32,000 nucleotides of DNA from Erysipelotrichaceae bacterium (GCA_030604855.1 JAUVVC010000006.1:67672-99671), one strand, 5' to 3'; positions 16,456 to 25,394 are shown, numbered from the stretch's first letter. Program-made: numbers and translations. The notes: generated by a model from the sequence alone, not told the origin.

Positions 16456-16807
16456 CGACGACAGGTTTTTGTACAACGGTATTCTGTAATGTGTTCACTT
16501 CTGCTTTCAAGCGTTCGATTTCTTGTTCAAGTGTCTTGTTTCGACTATTCAAGCTTTCATTGCTTGCCTTAACGGAGACCACTTCGTTGTTGAGGTTGCG
16601 TAGAGTGAATTGTGTTTTTACACTTTTATACAAGCCGAACACCAAGACCAATAACGCACCGAGTGCGACTGAAATCAAGATGACCAATGAGCCGGATAAC
16701 TGGTAGGTCCAAAAGAAAAGACGTACGGTCATCACTTCCGCATTGGTCAAAGCAAAGATTGCGACGATGATTGAAACGAGAATCAAGAAAATAAATTGTT
16801 TTTGCAT
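16439..16807 (-). CDS. LapA-domain (DUF1049) membrane protein with C-terminal coiled coil
   Basis: There are two N-terminal TM helices (FIFLILVSIIVAIFALT; GSLVILISVALGALLVLVFGL). A heptad-like region follows (NESLNSRNKTLEQEIERLKAEVNTLQN). AAGGATGG RBS. Confidence 0.7.
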   Translation of the reverse strand: MQKQFIFLILVSIIVAIFALTNAEVMTVRLFFWTYQLSGSLVILISVALGALLVLVFGLYKSVKTQFTLRNLNNEVVSVKASNESLNSRNKTLEQEIERLKAEVNTLQNTVVQKPVVEKTEN

Positions 16808-16828
16808 ACAAGTTCCATCCTTACTTCA

Positions 16829-16857
16829 AGTATAAGACAAAGGTTCTGAACTTACAA
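16829..16857 (-). promoter_or_regulatory. Promoter candidate for the lapA-like gene
   Basis: On the minus strand: TTGTAA (16857-16852), a 17-nt spacer, then TATACT (16834-16829). Confidence 0.45.
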
Positions 16858-16885
16858 AGAAACCATCAAAATTTGATGGTTTCTT
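16857..16885 (-). terminator. Terminator hairpin downstream of fba
   Basis: A 10-11 bp stem AGAAACCATC/GATGGTTTCT has a U-rich tail on the minus strand (UUCUUUGU). Confidence 0.6.
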
Positions 16886-16907
16886 GTGTGTGTGTTGATG
16901 AATGAGA

Positions 16908-17840
16908 TTAAACAGCTTTGCCTTCACTACCCAAAACTTCGGTGATCTTGTGTTTGACCAAGTCCTTGATGTTTGCGCGTGCAGGTTTCAAATAAGTACG
17001 TGGATCGAAGACTTCAGGTTTGTCATTGAATGTCTTACGGATACCAGCGGTGAAAGCCAAACGTAAGTCGGAATCGATGTTGATCTTACAAACAGCAGAA
17101 CGTGCCGCTTGACGCAACATGTCTTCTGGAATACCGATCGCATCTTTCATCGATCCACCATTTTCTTGGATGATCTTGACGTATTCTTGCGATACGCTGG
17201 AAGCACCATGCAAGACGATTGGGAATTCAGGTAAACGACGTGTGATTTCTTCCAAGATGTCAAAACGCAATTGTGGGTTTTGACCTGGTTTGAATTTGAA
17301 TGCACCATGGCTTGTCCCAATGGCGATTGCCAAGGAGTCGACACCGGTACGAGTCACAAATTCTACGACGTCATCTGGATTGGTATAACTGTGGTGTTCA
17401 ACGCTGATTTCATCTTCGACACCAGCCAATTGACCCAATTCACCTTCAACGGTGACACCGTGAGCATGTGCATACTCAACAACTTTTTTGGTCAATGCGA
17501 CATTGTCTTCAAAGGATAAATGCGAACCGTCGATCATGACGGAAGTGAAACCACTATCGATGCAAGATTTGCAGAGTTCAAAGGTATCCCCGTGATCCAA
17601 GTGCAAAGCGATTGGAATATCACTGGTTTCAACAGCTGCTTCAACCAACTTCTTCAAATAAACTGGATTGGCATAGTCGCGAGCTCCCTTTGAAGCTTGT
17701 AGAATAACAGGGGACTTCAATTCATTGGCTGCTTCGACGATGGCTTGGACGATTTCCATGTTGTTGACATTGAATGCTCCAATTGCATAACCACCTTCGT
17801 AAGCCTTTTTAAACATTTCTTTTGTAGATACTAAAGGCAT
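16908..17840 (-). CDS. fba: Class II fructose-1,6-bisphosphate aldolase
   Basis: MPLVSTKEMFKKAYEGGYAIGAFNVNNME..., Zn ligand region ALHLDHG, VLHGASSV. GGAGGAA RBS. Confidence 0.95.
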   Translation of the reverse strand: MPLVSTKEMFKKAYEGGYAIGAFNVNNMEIVQAIVEAANELKSPVILQASKGARDYANPVYLKKLVEAAVETSDIPIALHLDHGDTFELCKSCIDSGFTSVMIDGSHLSFEDNVALTKKVVEYAHAHGVTVEGELGQLAGVEDEISVEHHSYTNPDDVVEFVTRTGVDSLAIAIGTSHGAFKFKPGQNPQLRFDILEEITRRLPEFPIVLHGASSVSQEYVKIIQENGGSMKDAIGIPEDMLRQAARSAVCKINIDSDLRLAFTAGIRKTFNDKPEVFDPRTYLKPARANIKDLVKHKITEVLGSEGKAV

Positions 17841-17914
17841 ATTTATTTCCTCCTGTCCTTATTTTAACGCAAATGGAATTAATTAACTAGCAAAAAACAC
17901 TGGAGGTACTCAGA

Positions 17915-17943
17915 TTGTAAAATATTGCAAGATTGACTATAAT
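17915..17943 (+). promoter_or_regulatory. Sigma-A type promoter of pduL
   Basis: TTGTAA (17915-17920), a 17-nt spacer, then TATAAT (17938-17943). Confidence 0.6.
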
Positions 17944-17966
17944 AAAAGCGTTAAAAGGAGTTCACC

Positions 17967-18542
17967 ATGAGTAAAGAAATGATTTTAATTGAAGTATCAG
18001 CCCGTCACGTTCATGTGACAACAGAAGATTTAGAAACATTATTTGGAAAAGGGTATCAATTGACCCCTAAAAAGGACTTATCCCAACCTGGCCAATATGC
18101 CGCTGCGGAACGTGTCGATCTCGTCGGTCCACGCTCAACCATCAAGAATGTCAGTATCTTAGGCCCTGTTCGCTCGGCTTCACAAGTTGAAGTGTCGATG
18201 TCCGATGCACGCACTTTGGGTTTGAATCCATCGATTCGTGAATCTGGAAACATTGATGGGACGATCGGTGTCCAATTGGTGGGTCCTGCCGGATCCATTA
18301 CTTTGGATAAAGGGTTGATCGTTGCGAAACGTCATGTGCATTTGACACCAGAAGCAGCGGATGCGCAAGGTGTGGTGAATGGACAAGTCGTTGGAGTCAA
18401 AGTTCATACGGATGATCGCTCGATGACCTTCGGGGATGTCGTGATCCGTGTAAGTGAGAAATTTGCGCCTGCGATGCATATTGATACCGATGAAGCCAAT
18501 GCGGCTGGCATCACTTCGACCGCTTGGGGCGAAATTGTCTAA
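17967..18542 (+). CDS. pduL: Phosphate acyltransferase PduL (phosphate propanoyl/acetyl-transferase)
   Basis: It has the duplicated PduL half-domains, each with RHVH (SARHVHV; AKRHVHL). It also has HIDTDEANAAG, and the 191 aa length fits. AAAGGAG RBS. Confidence 0.85.
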   Translation: MSKEMILIEVSARHVHVTTEDLETLFGKGYQLTPKKDLSQPGQYAAAERVDLVGPRSTIKNVSILGPVRSASQVEVSMSDARTLGLNPSIRESGNIDGTIGVQLVGPAGSITLDKGLIVAKRHVHLTPEAADAQGVVNGQVVGVKVHTDDRSMTFGDVVIRVSEKFAPAMHIDTDEANAAGITSTAWGEIV

Positions 18543-18545
18543 AAT

Positions 18546-18566
18546 AACCGAGAATTCGGTTTTTTT
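18546..18566 (+). terminator. Rho-independent terminator after pduL
   Basis: The stem AACCGA/TCGGTT with loop GAAT is followed by T7, which runs directly into the first ATG of the ygiQ ORF. Confidence 0.7.
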
Positions 18567-18575
18567 ATGTTGAAC

Positions 18576-20441
18576 ATGCATCCGATCAATCAAAAAGAAA
18601 TGCACGAAAAAGGCTGGGATTCAGTCGATTTTGTGTTGGTGAGTGGGGATGCCTATGTGGATCATCCTTCTTTTGGGCATGCGATCATTGCCCGTGTCTT
18701 AGAAGCGTATGGATTTACCGTAGCCATATGTCCGCAACCCGATTGGAAAAAAGATGAAGATCTACTTCAATTTGGGAAGCCAAATTATGGATACATGGTG
18801 ACTGGTGGAAACATCGATTCAATGGTCAATCATTATTCCGTGAATAAGAAACGACGTTTAAAAGATAATTATACCAATCATGGTGAGATGGGGAAACGTC
18901 CCGATCGTGCAACAATCGTGTACAGTCAATGGATCCGTAAAGTCATGCCCAATGTGCCCATCATCATCGGAGGAATCGAGGCTTCTTTACGTCGCTTGGC
19001 GCATTATGATTATTGGGATGATAAGGTTCGTCAGTCCATTCTAATGGATTCCCAAGCGGATCTTTTGGTCTATGGCATGGCTGAGAATTCCATCATCGAA
19101 GTTGCGGAAGCGTTGCGTTCAGGCATGGCCATTGAAGACATCACTTACGTGCGAGGAACAGTTTGGAAGACAAAGACCAAAACCTTGCCTGAAAATGCCA
19201 TCATCCTACCGAGTTTTTCAGACATCAAACAAAGCAAGGATGAGTTCTCCAAATCTTTCTTGATTCAATATCGTAACACGGATGCTTTTACCGCCAAGCC
19301 TATGGTTGAGATGTATGGGAATGTGGCGATCGTTCAAAACCAACCCTCCTTTGCTTTGAAGCAAGAGGAGATGGACTGGGTCTATGGACTACCGTTCACA
19401 CGAAAGTTTCATCCGAGTTATACCGAGATTCCTGCCATTGAAGAAGTCCAATTCTCATTGATCAGTAATCGAGGCTGTTTCGGCTCCTGCAGTTTTTGTG
19501 CATTGACTGCTCATCAAGGACGGATGATCAGCTCACGCAGCAGTGAATCCTTAATTAATGAAGCGAAACTGATTACCGAGATGCCCGACTTTAAAGGTTA
19601 TATCCATGATGTGGGTGGACCAACGGCCAACTTCAATCAAGTGAGTTGCCAGAAACAACTCAAACTGGGTACCTGTCAGACTAAAGAATGTCTCCATCCT
19701 GAACCCTGTCGTCAGTTGGAAGTCAGCCACAGTGCTTACCTTCAAACCTTGAGACAACTCAGAGCTCTTCCAAAAGTGAAGAAAGTATTCGTTCGCTCAG
19801 GAATCCGTTATGACTACTTGATGTACGATAAAGATGAAAGCTTCTTTGATGAGTTGATTCAACACCATATTTCAGGTCAATTGAAAGTTGCCCCGGAACA
19901 CATTTCGGAGCGTGTCCTCAATTTGATGGGTAAACCGAAGCGTCAATTGTATGAAGCCTTTGTCGATAAATATGAAAAGAAGAACAAGGAATTCAATAAG
20001 AACCAGTTCTTGGTTCCGTATATGATTTCATCCCATCCAGGCAGTGAGCTTAAGGATGCGATCGAATTGGCTTTATATCTTAAGAAAATCAAGCATACCC
20101 CCCAACAAGTCCAAGACTTCTATCCAACGCCTTTCACAATGAGCACCTGCATGTATTATACAGAGAAGAATCCTTTGACTGGTGAAAAGGTCTATGTGGC
20201 CAAGACGATCAAAGAAAAGACCTTACAAAGAGTTTTAATGCAATACACCTATCCACAGAACCAACGCTTGGTCTTTGAAGCACTCAGACAAGCCAATCGC
20301 TTGGATTTGGTGGGATTTGGCAATCATTGTCTGATTAGACCCTTGAAAGAAGGAGGACATCATGATCATTCAAAGCAGAAGAGTATGGCTTCAGGAACAA
20401 TGGGCAAGCGTCCAAGTCGAAATCATAGGCCCAAGAATTGA
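18576..20441 (+). CDS. ygiQ: YgiQ-family (UPF0313) radical SAM protein
   Basis: The ORF is open from ATG 18567. ATG 18576 (MHPINQKEMHEKGWDSVDFVLVSGDAYVDHPSFG) matches the usual YgiQ N-terminus better. It has the radical SAM CX3CX2C motif (CFGSCSFC) and a basic low-complexity C-terminal tail. Confidence 0.85.
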   Translation: MHPINQKEMHEKGWDSVDFVLVSGDAYVDHPSFGHAIIARVLEAYGFTVAICPQPDWKKDEDLLQFGKPNYGYMVTGGNIDSMVNHYSVNKKRRLKDNYTNHGEMGKRPDRATIVYSQWIRKVMPNVPIIIGGIEASLRRLAHYDYWDDKVRQSILMDSQADLLVYGMAENSIIEVAEALRSGMAIEDITYVRGTVWKTKTKTLPENAIILPSFSDIKQSKDEFSKSFLIQYRNTDAFTAKPMVEMYGNVAIVQNQPSFALKQEEMDWVYGLPFTRKFHPSYTEIPAIEEVQFSLISNRGCFGSCSFCALTAHQGRMISSRSSESLINEAKLITEMPDFKGYIHDVGGPTANFNQVSCQKQLKLGTCQTKECLHPEPCRQLEVSHSAYLQTLRQLRALPKVKKVFVRSGIRYDYLMYDKDESFFDELIQHHISGQLKVAPEHISERVLNLMGKPKRQLYEAFVDKYEKKNKEFNKNQFLVPYMISSHPGSELKDAIELALYLKKIKHTPQQVQDFYPTPFTMSTCMYYTEKNPLTGEKVYVAKTIKEKTLQRVLMQYTYPQNQRLVFEALRQANRLDLVGFGNHCLIRPLKEGGHHDHSKQKSMASGTMGKRPSRNHRPKN

Positions 20442-21504
20442 GCGGGTCCTCGCGTATAACCAAGAACCGGTGGATGTGGACTATGGGGATCTAAGGATTT
20501 ATCCTGGCTTCATCGATACCCATCTTCATGGCATCAAGGGTGTGGATGCGACCGATGCGGATGCGGAAACCTTGATTGAAATCGCAAAAGAGTTGCCTAA
20601 AGAAGGCATCACAGGCTTCTGTTTGACCACGGTCACCCAAAGTGAAGATGTTCTTATGAAAGCTTTGAAAGAATGTGCGCATGCGATCAAGAATCAAAAT
20701 GAAGGTTCTCAAATGTTGGGCATCCACTTTGAAGGCCCCTATCTCAATAAGATCTATAAAGGCGCACAGCCTGAACCTTTCATTGTCGATGCCGATCTGG
20801 AACAATTCAAACGTTACCAAGCCAGCGCTGAAGGCAACATCAAAATCATCACGATGGCACCTGAAAAAGACAAAGACTTCAGCTTGACACGCTACTGTGC
20901 TCAAAATGGGGTCTGTGTGAACATGGGACACAGTGACAGTAGCTATGAAACGGCACTCTTGGCATCTGCCAATGGGGCAAAAAGCATGACGCATACCTTC
21001 AATGCCATGTCTCCGTTGCATCATCGTAAAACTGGACTCGTTGGGGCGACAATGCGCTTGAGCAATGTCTATGCCGAAGTCATCGGTGATGGCAATCATG
21101 TGAGTTGGCCAGCGGTAAATATTCTTGCCAGAACCAAAGGAAAAGATCACCTTGTCTTGGTCAGTGATTCCTTGTGTGCCAAAGGCATGCCTGAAGGTGA
21201 GTTCGAACTGGGAGGGCAGATTCTGGACATCCATGCCAATGGTGGAGCCTATCTCCATCATACTGAAACCTTGGCTGGAAGCACGATGGTCTACAACCAT
21301 GGTTTGCGTAATCTGATCCAGAAAGCAGAGCTTCAGGAAGTCGTCGCCATCAATGCCTGCACCATCAATCCAGCTAAAATCTTACAACTTGAAGACCGCA
21401 AAGGCCTTATCAAAGCAGCATATGACGCGGATATCACCATCTTGGATGAAAACTATGATGTCGTAAGTACGATGATCTTAGGGAAAGTCGTTTATAATCG
21501 TTGA
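20362..21504 (+). CDS. nagA: N-acetylglucosamine-6-phosphate deacetylase
   Basis: AAGGAGG lies 6 nt upstream. It has PGFIDTHLHG (the HxH metal site), an amidohydrolase fold pattern, and a length of 380 aa. Confidence 0.9.
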   Translation: MIIQSRRVWLQEQWASVQVEIIGPRIERVLAYNQEPVDVDYGDLRIYPGFIDTHLHGIKGVDATDADAETLIEIAKELPKEGITGFCLTTVTQSEDVLMKALKECAHAIKNQNEGSQMLGIHFEGPYLNKIYKGAQPEPFIVDADLEQFKRYQASAEGNIKIITMAPEKDKDFSLTRYCAQNGVCVNMGHSDSSYETALLASANGAKSMTHTFNAMSPLHHRKTGLVGATMRLSNVYAEVIGDGNHVSWPAVNILARTKGKDHLVLVSDSLCAKGMPEGEFELGGQILDIHANGGAYLHHTETLAGSTMVYNHGLRNLIQKAELQEVVAINACTINPAKILQLEDRKGLIKAAYDADITILDENYDVVSTMILGKVVYNR

Positions 21505-21548
21505 ATCGCTTTATTTTAGCGATCTAAACTTGTAAAATTAAGATACAC

Positions 21549-22448
21549 ATGAAGCACATCTTCATCATCAACCCGACATCGGGCAAACATCATGCGATTC
21601 AACTGATTCCCGTCATCGAGCGTTATTTTGAGTCGCATTCAGACCCCTATTCAATCATTCGTACCGAGAGACCCGGTCATGCGACGGAGATCGCCAAACA
21701 TTATAAAGCTGAGGATGATGTGACACTCTATGTGCTCAGTGGCGATGGGACGGCCAATGAGGTTCTCAATGGTTTGAGACCCGATGTGCCCATGGCAGTG
21801 ATCCCAGTGGGATCCGGCAATGATTTCTTTCGCGTGCTGGAAGTACCATTCATGCCTCTGGAACAGTTGCTCATCGAAACCATTGAAGGTAAGGAAGTCA
21901 TCGTAGATTATGGGATGGCCAATAAACGTCGTTACTTGAACTGCTCATCCATGGGGTTCGATGCGGATATCGGCATCTATGCACATGCGATTAAAATGAA
22001 GTATCCGTTTCTATCCGGTCTCTCGTATGTCATCGCAACCATCGCATTGTTGATCAAACGCAAGCCGATGAAGATGCATCTTATATTCAACGATGAAGAT
22101 ATTGAAGTCGAGTGCCTCCTGGTTGCGATCATGAATGGCCGCTTCTATGGGGGTGGTTTCAATCCGACACCCATGGCATCGATTCAAGATGGAAGTTTGG
22201 ATCTGTGTGTCATCCGGAATACGAATCTCTTACGAATCTTAAGCCTATTACCCAAATTCAAAGTGGGTAAACACATTCATGAGGATATCGTAACATTTTA
22301 TAAGATTAAAGCCTTGAAGCTCAGCAGTGCTGAAATCATCAATACCCAATGTGATGGGGAAGTCTACCCACAACAACATCTAGATTTTAAGCTTGTGGAA
22401 CGTGGTCTGAAGCTACGAGTCCCACAACGTTCGCAATTAAAGGAGTGA
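21549..22448 (+). CDS. Diacylglycerol kinase family lipid kinase (DagK/YegS-like)
   Basis: MKHIFIINPTSGK..., the catalytic loop SGDGTANEV, IPVGSGNDF, and a length of 299 aa. Confidence 0.8.
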   Translation: MKHIFIINPTSGKHHAIQLIPVIERYFESHSDPYSIIRTERPGHATEIAKHYKAEDDVTLYVLSGDGTANEVLNGLRPDVPMAVIPVGSGNDFFRVLEVPFMPLEQLLIETIEGKEVIVDYGMANKRRYLNCSSMGFDADIGIYAHAIKMKYPFLSGLSYVIATIALLIKRKPMKMHLIFNDEDIEVECLLVAIMNGRFYGGGFNPTPMASIQDGSLDLCVIRNTNLLRILSLLPKFKVGKHIHEDIVTFYKIKALKLSSAEIINTQCDGEVYPQQHLDFKLVERGLKLRVPQRSQLKE

Positions 22449-22452
22449 TGAA

Positions 22453-23301
22453 ATGATTCTAGAAAATGATCGATTTCGATTGGAAGTCAGCTTAAAAGCA
22501 GCCGAAATGCATTCGCTTGTGGATAAACGAACCCAAAAGGAATGGCTATGGCAAGGCGATCCGAACTTCTGGACGGGTCGTAATCCCGTTTTGTTCCCTA
22601 TTGTCGGTTCAACCCATGATAAACTTTTGCACATCGAGGGTAGAACGTATCCGATTGGCAATCACGGGTTCTTACGGCATGCGATGTTCGATTTGATCGA
22701 ACAAGATGATGAACACATTACCTTGGGATTCACTTCCAATGCGGAAACCTTGGTTCAATATCCCTATGCATTCAATTTCGAAGTGGAATATCGTATCCAT
22801 CCATTGGGAATCGATATCATCTATCGTATCGAGAATCGTGATGAAAAGGGGATGCCATTCAACTTCGGTTTACATCCAGCCTTCAGCACCACTCACAATG
22901 GTGTGGAGGGCTCAATCGATATCGAATTCCCTTGTCATGAGGACAATCTTCCGAGTGAGATCCTCGTCAAAGGAGATAAGCCACTGTTGAAGTTTACCGA
23001 TGCTTATTTTGAAGGGATGCCGACCTTGGTCTTGGATCAAGTTAATTCACCTTATGTTCGTTTGAAGGATGCGGGCGAGAGCATTCTCGTCAGTGTGCTG
23101 GGCTATCGTTGGCTGGCATTCTGGAAGAAACCGAAGGCTCATTTCATTTGCATCGAACCGTGGTATGGACATGATGATTTCATTCCATTTGAGGGGGAAT
23201 TCAAGGATCGTGAAGGTACGCAGTTCCTCGATCCAAAACTCAGCTTCACCACAACATATCAAATATTACCGGAAGGTAAAGAAGGAGCACGCCATGTTTA
23301 A
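22453..23301 (+). CDS. Aldose 1-epimerase family protein (LacX-like mutarotase)
   Basis: AAAGGAG RBS. RNPVLFPIVG, GNHGF, GLHPAF and EPW..HDD blocks are typical of the short aldose-epimerase family. Confidence 0.7.
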   Translation: MILENDRFRLEVSLKAAEMHSLVDKRTQKEWLWQGDPNFWTGRNPVLFPIVGSTHDKLLHIEGRTYPIGNHGFLRHAMFDLIEQDDEHITLGFTSNAETLVQYPYAFNFEVEYRIHPLGIDIIYRIENRDEKGMPFNFGLHPAFSTTHNGVEGSIDIEFPCHEDNLPSEILVKGDKPLLKFTDAYFEGMPTLVLDQVNSPYVRLKDAGESILVSVLGYRWLAFWKKPKAHFICIEPWYGHDDFIPFEGEFKDREGTQFLDPKLSFTTTYQILPEGKEGARHV

Positions 23302-24019
23302 AGTCATCGTTTGTGAAGATTACGAAGCAATGAGTCAGAAAGCATTTGAAGTCATGGAGTCCGTGGTCAAACAAGGACCTGTGACCTTGGGGCTGGCAAC
23401 GGGTTCAAGTCCAGAGGGTCTCTATCGTTATATGGTTGAGGCACATAAGAATGGTTTGTCGTACAAAGACGTTCAAAGTTTCAACTTAGATGAGTACGTT
23501 GGTTTGCCTCGCGATCATGCTCAAAGTTACTATACCTTCATGTTTGAACATTTCTTCAAACATGTGGATATGAATCTTGAAAACATCCATTTGCCTAAGG
23601 GTGAAGGTTCACTTGAAGAAGTTGCGGATGAGTATGAAAACTTATTGGCCAAGAATCCTCAAGATCTTCAATTGTTGGGCATCGGTTCCAATGGCCATAT
23701 CGGTTTCAATGAACCGGGTACCAGCTTTGATTCAACGGTTCATGTGATTCGTTTGAAAGAAACCACACGTAAGGACAATGCACGTTTCTTTGATTCTTTG
23801 GATGAAGTACCTCACTTTGCCATCACCATGGGCATCAAGGACATCCTGCGTGCGAAGAAAATCTTGTTGGTTGCGTATGGCAAAAACAAAGCCCAAGCCA
23901 TTAAACAAATGTTAGAAGGGGAAGTCCACGAGGATGTACCATGCACCATCCTGCAGAAGCATCCGGATGTGGTGGTCGTCTTAGACAAAGAAGCGGCTTC
24001 ATTACTCAAAAATGATTAA
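23294..24019 (+). CDS. nagB: Glucosamine-6-phosphate deaminase
   Basis: ATG 23294 (MFKVIVCEDYEAMS) follows GAAGGAG. It has GLATGSSP, FNLDEYVG and LLGIGSNGHIGFNEPG. The longer ORF-track start at 23069 lies inside the upstream gene. Confidence 0.9.
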   Translation: MFKVIVCEDYEAMSQKAFEVMESVVKQGPVTLGLATGSSPEGLYRYMVEAHKNGLSYKDVQSFNLDEYVGLPRDHAQSYYTFMFEHFFKHVDMNLENIHLPKGEGSLEEVADEYENLLAKNPQDLQLLGIGSNGHIGFNEPGTSFDSTVHVIRLKETTRKDNARFFDSLDEVPHFAITMGIKDILRAKKILLVAYGKNKAQAIKQMLEGEVHEDVPCTILQKHPDVVVVLDKEAASLLKND

Positions 24020-24893
24020 ATTGATTGTCAGTGACTTAGACGGAACACTCTTAACACAATTCAAATCGGTATCCAAAGAGAACCAAGACGCCATACACGA
24101 GGCACAGAAACAAGGCATCATCGTAGCCTTGGCAACGGGACGTGGTCATGACAGTACGCATCAGTTCGCCAAAATGTTTGATTTTGCGAAATACAATGGG
24201 TATTTGGTGACCAACAATGGTCAACGTGTCATTGATGTTAAAAACGATACGACCACGATCAACGGTTATATTTCTATTGAGGAGGCACAAGCGGTCTTGA
24301 GTTTCGCTCAGAAACACAATCTGCAGTTGGTTTTGGATTCCGATCAAGGCTTTGCGTTCTATACGCCAAAGAATCTGCGCTTCTATCGCGATGTCTATCG
24401 CTTCTTGATCAAACTGCTTCCAATATTCAGACCGGTATTGAGTCGCATCCATATCTTTGCACTCTTTGGTTTCTTGAAGCACCATAAGGTGAAGATCATC
24501 AATACCGCTGAAGACATCACACTTCCTTATGATAAAGTAGGCTTGGCCCATACCAAAGCCAGTCTGGATCGCAGCTTTGAGGAGTTGTTCGAACAATTCG
24601 AAGGAAAGCTTGAAGTCATGCGTGTAGGTGAGATGTGGATCGATATCAGTCCCAAAGGCTTGACGAAAATCGTGGGTATCCGTCAGATCATGGAAAAGCA
24701 TGGCATTCAAGATGATGAAGTCTTGGTTATGGGTGATTCGGATAATGATGTGAGCATGTTGTCGGCATTTCCGTATGGGGTTGCGATGGGCAACGCGAAT
24801 GCGAATGCCCGTAAGGCTGCGAAATTGAGCACGAAAGCAAACAATGAACATGGAGTTGCGCATGCGATTCGCACCTATGCATTGAAAAAGTGA
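24012..24893 (+). CDS. Cof-type HAD-IIB family phosphatase
   Basis: Motif I SDLDGTLL, ATGR, motif IV GDSDNDVSM. The start overlaps the nagB stop. Confidence 0.8.
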   Translation: MIKLIVSDLDGTLLTQFKSVSKENQDAIHEAQKQGIIVALATGRGHDSTHQFAKMFDFAKYNGYLVTNNGQRVIDVKNDTTTINGYISIEEAQAVLSFAQKHNLQLVLDSDQGFAFYTPKNLRFYRDVYRFLIKLLPIFRPVLSRIHIFALFGFLKHHKVKIINTAEDITLPYDKVGLAHTKASLDRSFEELFEQFEGKLEVMRVGEMWIDISPKGLTKIVGIRQIMEKHGIQDDEVLVMGDSDNDVSMLSAFPYGVAMGNANANARKAAKLSTKANNEHGVAHAIRTYALKK

Positions 24894-24954
24894 GCATTTC
24901 AGAACTAAATTGATTTGAATCTTGATATACTCAAACTGAGGATAGGAGAAAATT

Positions 24955-25269
24955 ATGAAAACAGTTACTGCATTAGAATTCGATGCCACTACAAAAAAAG
25001 GTGTTGTCTTGGTTGATTTCTCAGCCGAATGGTGTGGACCATGTAAGATGATCGCACCCGTCTTGGAACAATTGTCAAAAGAAATGGCGGATAAAGTAAA
25101 AATCATCACCGTCGATGTGGATGTCGAACAAGAATTGGCGCAACGCTACAATGTCATGTCGATTCCAACTTTGCTTTTGTTTAAAGATGGTTCGGTCATC
25201 GGTCAAGTCGTTGGGTTCCAATCCAAAGCGATGCTTGAAAAATTCATTCAAAGAGCTTACGTGAACTAG
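24955..25269 (+). CDS. trxA: Thioredoxin
   Basis: 104 aa with the WCGPCK active site and a C-terminal IPTLLLFKDG. TAGGAGA RBS. Confidence 0.9.
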   Translation: MKTVTALEFDATTKKGVVLVDFSAEWCGPCKMIAPVLEQLSKEMADKVKIITVDVDVEQELAQRYNVMSIPTLLLFKDGSVIGQVVGFQSKAMLEKFIQRAYVN

Positions 25270-25298
25270 AGGGTAAAACCTCTTTTTTATTTTTTTTA
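25268..25298 (+). terminator. Rho-independent terminator after trxA
   Basis: The stem AGAGG/CCTCT with loop GTAAAA is followed by a T6AT8 tract. Confidence 0.7.
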
Positions 25299-25307
25299 GC
25301 ATAGCTC

Positions 25308-25335
25308 TTGCATTCTAGTGCAATTGTTTTATAAT
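25308..25335 (+). promoter_or_regulatory. Promoter of the XRE-cupin regulator / pot operon
   Basis: TTGCAT (25308-25313), a 16-nt spacer, then TATAAT (25330-25335). Confidence 0.55.
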
Positions 25336-25344
25336 GTTCCTTGT

Positions 25345-25384
25345 GTTTAGTATAAAATGCTAAATAGTTTAGTAAAGCTAAACA
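25345..25384 (+). promoter_or_regulatory. Candidate operator: two adjacent inverted repeats GTTTAG-N9-CTAAAT and GTTTAG-N5-CTAAAC
   Basis: Read directly from the sequence: GTTTAGtataaaatgCTAAATaGTTTAGtaaagCTAAAC, between the -10 and the RBS of the regulator gene. Confidence 0.4.
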
Positions 25385-25394
25385 AAGGAGACCA

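Noticed and set aside
16886-16896. A (TG)5 microsatellite next to the fba terminator
   Set aside because: It is short and intergenic, and has no obvious phase-variation target, since it lies outside any coding region or promoter spacer.
18180-18605. A 141 aa ORF on the minus strand
   Set aside because: It is antisense to pduL and crosses its terminator. It has no supporting signals.
20491-21300. A 269 aa ORF on the minus strand
   Set aside because: It is antisense to nagA, whose motifs (HxH, full-length family collinearity) are clear. It is a shadow ORF.
21505-21551. A hairpin (ATCGCT/AGCGAT) and a TAAGAT -10-like element suggesting a terminator plus leaderless start for the DagK-family gene
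   Set aside because: The hairpin has no T-tract. The -10-like hexamer ends only 4 nt before the ATG and lacks a credible -35. The evidence is too weak to call, although the gene does lack an obvious SD.
24051-25109. A 352 aa ORF on the minus strand
   Set aside because: It is entirely antisense to the well-supported Cof HAD and trxA genes. It has no recognisable motifs and no RBS, and its composition is typical of a shadow frame of a coding region.
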